Source of the DNA: an uncultured Myxococcales bacterium
Lineage (GTDB): Bacteria > Myxococcota > UBA4151
Assembly (NCBI GenBank): GCA_964013405.1
Contig: CAXGWI010000084.1
Span: 1 to 15,588 of the forward strand
Length of the DNA: 15,588 nt
Reading direction: 5' to 3'
Position 1 is the first letter of the stretch. Each line of letters opens with the position of its first letter. Shown one piece after another: positions 1-6,566 of this stretch. Below the pieces are notes generated by a model. The model was not told the origin of the DNA. It worked only from the letters and a program-made list of their open reading frames with translations, and did no database searches. The position numbers and the translations under genes were made by a program.

Positions 1-841
1 GCTCAGGTTCTGGCTCAGGTTCTGGCTCAGGTTCTGGCTCAGGTTCTGGCTCAGGCTCGGGCTCAGGCTCGGGTTCCGGCTCTGGTTCTGGCTCAGGCTC
101 AGGTTCTGGCTCGGGTTCTGGCTCAGGGGCCTCCTCTAGCCTCGATTTCTCGGGGGGCTCGGTGAAGTCACCATAGGTGTCACCGACGGCTTCCTCTTGC
201 TCCTGTTTCGCAAAAGGGTTCTGAAAAACCCCTGAATGCCCTTCGAGCCAAGCCTCAGCAGCGGCCTTTTCTGCGCCCATATCCCGTAGGGGCTCGACCT
301 CCGGAAGGACTTCGTTGAGGACATCCTGTTCGACCAGCTTGCTGACCAGACGGAGGGCCATCAGGTCATCGAGCTCGCTGCCGTAAATCACCTCTGCGAT
401 CGAGGCTTCACCATTAAAATATGCGAGAAAGGGTTGCAATGGCGCCGGTAGCCCACTGGCTTCGGCCGCATCGGCTGGGGCCGTAAAGACCCGATCGAGG
501 TCCCCCAAACGATCGACATAACGATCCCAACGGGCCTGATGCCGATCTGCAGCCAGCAGCAGCTTCGCCGTGCTTTGCTCAAACTGGACCGTCTCGGCGA
601 CCTCACCGCGCTTCAACTCGAAGCTGCCCGACTCAAGGCTCCACAGGCGGGTGAGCGCCTGCTCGCCATCAAGTCGACCAGCGACGGCGGCCGTGATCTT
701 GCCTCCGGCAATAAAAATCTCGCCCTCGTCCTCGCCATAAGCGAGTCGAAGGCTTAGGCTTTCGCCACTTCGTAACAATCGTCGGACCAGACTCTCTACC
801 CGTCCTCGGGTAAGGGCTCCGGCCTCAGGAATCTCGGGCAT
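1..841 (-). CDS. DUF4388/PATAN-like domain protein with Pro-Glu repeat linker (partial; 3' end outside the window)
   Basis: Hand-translated and not in the ORF track. ATG at 841-839 is preceded by a GAGG-like RBS and the frame is open to the window edge (280 codons): MPEIPEAGALTRGRVESLVRRLLRSGESLSLRLAYGEDEGEIFIAGGKITAAVAGRLDGEQALTRLWSLESGSFEL... then ...FNGEASIAEVIYGSELDDLMALRLVSKLVEQDVL... then an acidic stretch and (PE)n. The G-x-I-F-x-x-G-x-I...G-E-x-A-L...G-x-F pattern fits DUF4388; the following segment resembles the wHTH-like region common after it. Confidence 0.8.
   Translation of the reverse strand, partial: MPEIPEAGALTRGRVESLVRRLLRSGESLSLRLAYGEDEGEIFIAGGKITAAVAGRLDGEQALTRLWSLESGSFELKRGEVAETVQFEQSTAKLLLAADRHQARWDRYVDRLGDLDRVFTAPADAAEASGLPAPLQPFLAYFNGEASIAEVIYGSELDDLMALRLVSKLVEQDVLNEVLPEVEPLRDMGAEKAAAEAWLEGHSGVFQNPFAKQEQEEAVGDTYGDFTEPPEKSRLEEAPEPEPEPEPEPEPEPEPEPEPEPEPEPEPEPEPEPEPEPEPE
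2..127 (-). repeat. In-frame hexanucleotide tandem repeat (CCN GAR)x21 encoding (Pro-Glu)21, continuing past the window edge
   Basis: Counted directly. Bases 2-49 are four perfect 12-mers (CTCAGGTTCTGG on +); the rest varies only at synonymous positions. Confidence 0.95.
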
Positions 842-971
842 GTACCGACCTCGAGTTATCTGGCTTTCGTCATATAGCCCGCTTGCGGCAGGCCTGCAAT
901 TTCGGTGATATTAAAAGACTAAAGGTTAACGGGATCAGGGCCGTTTCCTTCCCTAGGGTCTTGGAGTTCGA
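842..971. promoter_or_regulatory. Divergent intergenic/promoter region between the DUF4388 gene and the FHA pair
   Basis: 130-bp gap between head-to-head genes. It has an AT-rich patch (GATATTAAAAGACTAAAGGTTAA, 907-929), a perfect palindrome GCAGGCCTGC (888-897) and a GGAG RBS before ATG 972. The -35/-10 boxes cannot be assigned with confidence. Confidence 0.5.
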
Positions 972-1928
972 ATGCTTCGTTGTGAACAATGCGGTGCTCC
1001 GATGCCCCTTGGTTACTGCACGCGACCCAGTTGCAACCCGGAGTCGGCCCCCGTCAACCGTCTTCAGGCTGCGCTGACTGATTTAGCGCAAACGATCGAC
1101 GAACGGGCCCCCACCGAAACCTATAGCGACGCCAACGAAGACGTGGATTTAGCTCCGGTTTTTCTCGGTGTCGAAGATCGCAGCCTCTTTGATACTTGTC
1201 CCTCTTGCGGTGCGGCCACCCGCGCCGCCGAAACGGTCTGTCGGGACTGTGGCGGCCCGCTCGTCATCACCGTCCAACAGATGACGCCCCTACGGCTCAC
1301 CCTCGTCCGGGGCAATCGGGGCTTCGCAGGTCGGTGCCTACCACTGCCTCGGGGGCGGTTTCACTTGGGCGAAGCGGACCATGGTTTGCGCATCGCCGAC
1401 CCGAGACACAGTCTGGTGCAGTTGTCGTCCCAAACCGGTGGTGTGACCGTGGAACCCTTCGATGGCTTTGGGCTCCACCTCCCCTGTGAGCAGCCCGTCC
1501 AAGTCAACGAAGACCAGACCGTTCGAGTCGGCCAACAACTGCTGCGCTTCAGCCGGCGGCCTCTGGGGGTCTTCCCCGATCGACACGACGACCGAATCAG
1601 CGACCGAGAAGTCAAACCGGCCGCCCCCAGACTGAAGGCCGCCCCCTGGTACCTCCATCGGCTCTTGTCCAGCAGTTGCGTCGGTGACCTGGTCCCCCTA
1701 GGCGGACAGCTCTCAGTGGGCGGTGAAGGCGCGGATATCAATTTGGGCGATCCCTATTGCCACGGCATCGAAATGCATTTGTCGCCCAAAGGAACGGCCC
1801 TGTGGGTCCAACCGGAAGCCAGTGGTAATGGCACGTGGATCAAAGCCCCTGCTGGCCGCTGGATCCCTGTCGGTTCGCTGGTCTGGATTGGCACGGGCAT
1901 CTATCGACTGGAGCACAGCGATGGCTGA
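972..1928 (+). CDS. Two zinc ribbons + two degenerate FHA-like domains (318 aa)
   Basis: CEQC-x8-CTRPSC (981-1034) and CPSC-x10-CRDC (1197-1250). Two beta-rich segments follow with FHA-like ends (TVRVGQQLLRF; GNGTWI...VWIGTGIYRL), collinear with the downstream FHA protein but lacking the GR and SxxH motifs. GGAG RBS. Confidence 0.75.
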   Translation: MLRCEQCGAPMPLGYCTRPSCNPESAPVNRLQAALTDLAQTIDERAPTETYSDANEDVDLAPVFLGVEDRSLFDTCPSCGAATRAAETVCRDCGGPLVITVQQMTPLRLTLVRGNRGFAGRCLPLPRGRFHLGEADHGLRIADPRHSLVQLSSQTGGVTVEPFDGFGLHLPCEQPVQVNEDQTVRVGQQLLRFSRRPLGVFPDRHDDRISDREVKPAAPRLKAAPWYLHRLLSSSCVGDLVPLGGQLSVGGEGADINLGDPYCHGIEMHLSPKGTALWVQPEASGNGTWIKAPAGRWIPVGSLVWIGTGIYRLEHSDG

Positions 1929-3027
1929 AAACCAAGCTTGCCCCTCCTGCCTGACGGAAATGCCCCCCGACCACCTCTTCTGCGGTCAGTGCGGTGCAAA
2001 ACTTAGCCTGGAAGATGAACACTATTGGGGGCTGAGGCTGCTCTCGGCCGCCGGCGAAATCGAAGACACCTTGCCGCTGCAGCGGGCCACGGCCATCCTC
2101 GGTCGAAGCGCCGCCGCCGACCTGCAAATCGCCGATGACCCCACGATTAGCCTCCAGCACGCTCGCCTGCGAGTCGAAGGTGGCATCCTGCGGGTTGAAG
2201 ACCTGGGAACGATGAATGGTATCTTCCGCCCTGTAGAGGAGGCTTCACCCATTCGCCACAATATGGTCATCCGGGCCGGCGGCCAATGGCTTCGCTTTCA
2301 AAAGCTGACTGCTGTGGGTCGATCACCACTGCTCTCTGGTCCCCTGCCCCAATTCGGTCCCTACCATCAGCCCTGGGGTCGACTTTTACGTTATGGCCAT
2401 CATGGCAAGGTGACCACGGCCCGGCTCATCGCGGGCGACACGTTCACCGTTGGACGCACCGAAGGGGACATGGTCATCGGCAAGGCCGCCACCTTGAGTG
2501 GCCAACACTTTGTGCTACGGCGGGACGAAGAGGGCGAAGTCACCGTCGAAGACCTCGGCTCGAGAAATGGGACCTACCTACAGGTCGAGCAGGGGCGCAC
2601 CCTGAACCAAGGGCAATCCCTGCTGATCGGCGAGCGTCTGATTCGATTCGATAGCATCGACCGCAAAGAACTACGGGCCCGGCTACGAGACAGCCAACCA
2701 CCCCAAGCGGTTGAACCGACGCTGCCCCCCCAACACCCCATTGGCGAAGAGATTCCCATGGCGGCGACAGATCCAGGCATCGAACCGGCCCTCGCCGAGC
2801 CCGTTGTCGAGGATCAAGGCGAGTTGCCGGCCCCCGAGCTCCCCCCGGTCGAGGCGACGGAAGAACCCATTATGCCGGCCGAAGCGGAGACAGACTTCAC
2901 CGCACCCTCCGGCGACCTCCTGGCACCTCGGAGCGAACTGGATGCTCAAGTGGATGCCGCGGTGGGCAGCCTCGACGATGACGACCTCGACGCCTTACTC
3001 GACGGATTGCCTTCCCTGCGAGACTAA
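1921..3027 (+). CDS. Zinc ribbon + two canonical FHA domains + acidic Pro-rich tail (368 aa)
   Basis: Start re-called from 1723 to ATG 1921 (GGAG at 1911-1914; 8-nt overlap with the upstream gene). CPSC-x10-CGQC. FHA1: ILGRS...ISLQHARL...EDLGTMNGIF. FHA2: TVGRT...LSGQHF...EDLGSRNGTY. All GR/SxxH/NG phosphothreonine-binding motifs are present. Confidence 0.9.
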   Translation: MAENQACPSCLTEMPPDHLFCGQCGAKLSLEDEHYWGLRLLSAAGEIEDTLPLQRATAILGRSAAADLQIADDPTISLQHARLRVEGGILRVEDLGTMNGIFRPVEEASPIRHNMVIRAGGQWLRFQKLTAVGRSPLLSGPLPQFGPYHQPWGRLLRYGHHGKVTTARLIAGDTFTVGRTEGDMVIGKAATLSGQHFVLRRDEEGEVTVEDLGSRNGTYLQVEQGRTLNQGQSLLIGERLIRFDSIDRKELRARLRDSQPPQAVEPTLPPQHPIGEEIPMAATDPGIEPALAEPVVEDQGELPAPELPPVEATEEPIMPAEAETDFTAPSGDLLAPRSELDAQVDAAVGSLDDDDLDALLDGLPSLRD

Positions 3028-3031
3028 GGGC

Positions 3032-6000
3032 TTACATGCTCCGCCGATAGCTACCACCGACCCGGTACAGTGACCGGCTCATCTGCCCAAGACTGGCCAC
3101 CCTCGCCGTCTCCATCAACTCCACAAAGACGTTCTCTCCTTGCGCCGCGCAACGCTCCAATCGCTCCAGCGCAGCTGAAGCCTCAGCACCATGGTACTGG
3201 GTCCAGGCTTGCTGATTTTCGATCTGTTGCTGCTTTTCGGCCTCCGTCGAACGGATCAACTCCACCTCGGCCGGTGTCCCAGCGGCCTCTGGATCTTCCG
3301 CGAGGAAGGTGTTGACGCCGATGATCGGTAGATCACCGGTCATCTTTCGGTGTTCGTAGTAGAGGCTTTCCTCCTGGATCTTGGAGCGTTGGTACATGGT
3401 CTCCATCGCCCCCAAAACACCGCCGCGCTCATCCAGGCGCTCGAACTCTTGGAGCACCGCCTCTTCCACCACGTCTGTCAGCCATTCGAGGAAATAACTC
3501 CCCTCGGTCGGATTTTCGTTTTTCGAGAGACCCAATTCCCGGTTGATGATGAGCTGGATCGCAAGGGCCCTTCGCACGCTCGCTTCGGTCGGCGTCGTGA
3601 TCGCTTCGTCAAAGGCATTGGTGTGCAAGGAATTGCAGTTGTCGTTGATGGCATAGAGGGCCTGTAAGGTCGTCCGGATGTCATTGAAGTCGATCTCTTG
3701 GGCATGCAGGGAGCGACCGCTGGTCTGAATGTGGTATTTGAGCTTCTGACTGCGCTCACCGGCACCATACAGCCGCTTCATTGCGGTGGCCCAAATACGT
3801 CGAGCCACTCGACCAATGACCGCATATTCCGCATCCACACCGTTGGAGAAGAAGAAGCTCAAATTGGGGGCGAAGTCGTCCACCGCCATGCCGCGGGCCT
3901 TGTAGTATTCAACAAAGGTGAAGCCGTTGGCCAGCGTGAAAGCCAACTGACTGATGGGATTCGCGCCGGCCTCGGCGATGTGATAACCGCTGATGCTCAC
4001 CGAATAGAAGTTACGCACATTCCAGTCGACGAAGGCCGCCTGCATGTCCCCCATGACCCGCAGCGCAAACTCGGTGGAGAAGATACACGTGTTTTGCGCC
4101 TGATCCTCTTTGAGGATGTCGGCCTGGACCGTGCCGCGAACTTTGGTGAGCGTTTCCGAGCGAATTCGCTCATAGACCTCGTCGCCGACGAGGGCACGAC
4201 TATCGCCGCCAAGCAGTTCTAAGCCCAGGCGCCGTGCTCCTTCGGGCTGATCCTCGCCCCGATACGTGGGCACCGGGAGCCCCTTGGCCGCCCAGGCGGC
4301 CGCAATCGAGGCCTTCGCCTCCTCAAGTCCACCGGTCTCTTCCAAGTAGCGCTCTACCTGCTGGTCGATGGCCGCATTAAAGAAGAAAGCCAAAACCATC
4401 GGCGCCGGACCGTTGATCGTCATGGAGACCGACGTGGACGGGGAACAAAGATCAAAGCCCGAGTACAGTTTCTTGGCATCGTCGAGGGTGCAGACGCTCA
4501 CCCCCGAGTTGCCGATCTTGCCGTAAATATCCGGGCGGTGACCGGGATCTTCACCATACAGCGTCACCGAATCAAAAGCCGTGGAGAGGCGCGCCGCTGG
4601 CAGGCCAGCGCTGACATAGTGAAAGCGACGATTCGTGCGCTCCGGCGTGCCTTCCCCCGCGAACATGCGAGTGGGGTCCTCCCCCTCCCGCTTCAATTCA
4701 AAGACGCCGTGGGTAAACGGGAAGCGCCCCGGCAGGTTCTCTTTCAACAAAAAGCGTCCCAGTTCGCGGTGGGATTCGAGATCTGGCAACACCACCCGAG
4801 GAATCGACGTTCCTGAGAGCGTTTCTCGGCGCAGCGGTTGCCGAAGTTCCCGGCCCCGAATCTCACTGACCAGCTCGTCACCCCCGTATCGGGTCTGAAC
4901 CTGTGGCCACGCCGCCAGCGCCTGGTCCAAATCGGGATCCAACTGGGCTCTTCTTGTGTCCAAAGCCTCCTGCAAATGGTCTGCACTCTCCGGCGCCAAT
5001 CGAGCGGCCTCCTCCAAATGCTGAATGGAGCCCGCAAGTTCGGACTGGGCCTCGGCCCATTGCCGGTAGCCCCGAACGGTCTTGGCGATCTCCGCAAGGT
5101 AGCGCCCCCGGTCTCCCGGGAGGAGTGCGTGGCGCTCGGGGAGGACGTTGCGGGACGGTCCTTCCATCTCCAGCCATGGCAGGCTGAACTGTCCGTGAAC
5201 CCGCTGGATCAAGGCCTGAAAGAAGGTATCGACGCCCCGGTCCGCAAACTGACTCGCGATGCAGGGATAGACCGGCATCTCGGCCGGGTCTGCGTCGAAG
5301 CGTTGCCGGTTTCTTTGCACCTGCTTCTTGATGGCCTGCAAGGCATCGAGCGCACCGCGTTTTTCGAACTTATTCAGGACCACCAAGTCGGCAAAATCGA
5401 GCATGTCGATCTTCTCGAGTTGGCTGGCCGCCCCATACTCGGGCGTCATGACATACACGGGCAAATCCACGAGATCCACGATCGCACTGTCGCTTTGACC
5501 AATCCCAGCGGTCTCCACCAAGACCAAGTCAAAGCCACTGTGCTGCAGAAGCCGAATCGCGGCCTGGAGACCTTGGCTGGTGGCCCGGTGGGCTTGTCGG
5601 GTCGCCTGACTACGCATGAAGACCGCCGGTGCGGTCTCGCCGGCGACGAGGCTGAGGCTGTTCATCCGAATCCGGTCGCCCAGCAAAGCCCCACCCGTCC
5701 GGCGACGACTGGGGTCAACGCTGATCACAGCCACTCGCCGGTCGGGAAACTGGGTCATGAACCGCCGACAGATCTCATCTACCAAACTGGACTTCCCGGA
5801 GCCCCCCGTCCCGGTAAAACCAACAACGGGGACCACGGGGTCAGTTGCTTTCTCCGGCAGGCAGTCCAGGACCTCCTGCCGCTGGGGACCGTCCGACTCG
5901 ACCAGGGTTAACAAGCGCCCGAGGGCGGCCATCGACAGCGTCCCTTCCCCCGCAACATGCTTGCGCAGGGAGGCGATGGCCTCGCTTCCCTGATCGCCAG

Positions 6001-6436
6001 GGTTCCAATCACAGGCTGCGATCATCTGACCGATCATGCCCTCAAGGCCCAAGGCCCGCCCATCATCCGGGCTGAAGATGCGAGCGACACCGGCCTCATG
6101 CAGGTCTGCGATCTCGGCGGGAACGATCACGCCACCCCCGCCGCCAAAGATTTTGATGTCGGCGCGCCCGGCCTGCTTGAGCCGCTCAACCATGTACTTG
6201 AAATACTCGACGTGGCCCCCCTGATAACTGGAGAGACCGATCCCCTGGGCATCCTCGCTCACCGCGGCATCCACCACCTCGGCGACGCTTCGGTTGTGAC
6301 CTAGATGGATCACTTCAGCACCCTGGGCTTGGAGAATACGTCGCATGATGTTGATCGCTGCGTCGTGACCGTCAAAGAGGCTGGCGGCCGTTACGAATCG
6401 AACCTTGTTCACCGGGGGCACTCGAGAATCGCTCAC
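3032..6436 (-). CDS. icmF: Fused isobutyryl-CoA mutase / MeaB-like G-protein chaperone IcmF (AdoCbl-dependent), about 1134 aa
   Basis: IcmF domain order: N-terminal cobalamin-binding domain (RFVTAASLFDGHDAAINIMRR), MeaB-type GTPase (GTGGSGKSS, DPS...GGALLGDRIRMN, ETAGIGQ, NKFE), C-terminal mutase barrel (EDPTRMFAGEG, RLSTAFDSVTLYG, QADILKEDQAQNTCIFS, HIQTSGRSL). GTG 6436 is preferred over ATG 6466 because AAGGAG lies just upstream. Confidence 0.96.
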   Translation of the reverse strand: MSDSRVPPVNKVRFVTAASLFDGHDAAINIMRRILQAQGAEVIHLGHNRSVAEVVDAAVSEDAQGIGLSSYQGGHVEYFKYMVERLKQAGRADIKIFGGGGGVIVPAEIADLHEAGVARIFSPDDGRALGLEGMIGQMIAACDWNPGDQGSEAIASLRKHVAGEGTLSMAALGRLLTLVESDGPQRQEVLDCLPEKATDPVVPVVGFTGTGGSGKSSLVDEICRRFMTQFPDRRVAVISVDPSRRRTGGALLGDRIRMNSLSLVAGETAPAVFMRSQATRQAHRATSQGLQAAIRLLQHSGFDLVLVETAGIGQSDSAIVDLVDLPVYVMTPEYGAASQLEKIDMLDFADLVVLNKFEKRGALDALQAIKKQVQRNRQRFDADPAEMPVYPCIASQFADRGVDTFFQALIQRVHGQFSLPWLEMEGPSRNVLPERHALLPGDRGRYLAEIAKTVRGYRQWAEAQSELAGSIQHLEEAARLAPESADHLQEALDTRRAQLDPDLDQALAAWPQVQTRYGGDELVSEIRGRELRQPLRRETLSGTSIPRVVLPDLESHRELGRFLLKENLPGRFPFTHGVFELKREGEDPTRMFAGEGTPERTNRRFHYVSAGLPAARLSTAFDSVTLYGEDPGHRPDIYGKIGNSGVSVCTLDDAKKLYSGFDLCSPSTSVSMTINGPAPMVLAFFFNAAIDQQVERYLEETGGLEEAKASIAAAWAAKGLPVPTYRGEDQPEGARRLGLELLGGDSRALVGDEVYERIRSETLTKVRGTVQADILKEDQAQNTCIFSTEFALRVMGDMQAAFVDWNVRNFYSVSISGYHIAEAGANPISQLAFTLANGFTFVEYYKARGMAVDDFAPNLSFFFSNGVDAEYAVIGRVARRIWATAMKRLYGAGERSQKLKYHIQTSGRSLHAQEIDFNDIRTTLQALYAINDNCNSLHTNAFDEAITTPTEASVRRALAIQLIINRELGLSKNENPTEGSYFLEWLTDVVEEAVLQEFERLDERGGVLGAMETMYQRSKIQEESLYYEHRKMTGDLPIIGVNTFLAEDPEAAGTPAEVELIRSTEAEKQQQIENQQAWTQYHGAEASAALERLERCAAQGENVFVELMETARVASLGQMSRSLYRVGGSYRRSM

Positions 6437-6530
6437 GTCAGGCTCCTTGCTGCGACCACCTAACATGCGGGCGCCAGCCTGAGAAACGCAACGTCATATG
6501 AGCCCCCCTTAGGCCCGGCGCACCGGCTGC

Positions 6531-6560
6531 TTGCTGGCAGCGGCCCGCTCGGTGTATTCT
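6531..6560 (+). promoter_or_regulatory. Candidate sigma70-type promoter for a leaderless lipoprotein transcript
   Basis: TTGCTG (6531-6536), 18 nt, TATTCT (6555-6560), 6 nt, ATG 6567. No Shine-Dalgarno before the ATG. Confidence 0.45.
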
Positions 6561-6566
6561 CACCTC

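Noticed and set aside
1..127. Tandem repeat as a CRISPR array or non-coding VNTR
   Set aside because: It has no spacers, and variation falls only at synonymous positions of a minus-strand Pro-Glu frame.
136..757. Short track ORFs 136-324, 388-606 and 539-757
   Set aside because: They are alternative-frame or antisense shadows of the DUF4388-like gene (841 to <1).
1723..1920. N-terminal extension of the 434-aa ORF
   Set aside because: It overlaps ORF 972-1928 by about 200 nt and is not protein-like. ATG 1921 has an RBS and begins at the zinc ribbon.
4838..5911. 357-aa plus-strand ORF
   Set aside because: It is antisense to icmF with no motifs; long antisense frames are expected at high GC.
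6437..6566. Cobalamin riboswitch upstream of icmF
   Set aside because: The gap is only 130 nt, is shared with a divergent promoter, and shows no recognisable B12-box or GGGAA/GCCACTG core.
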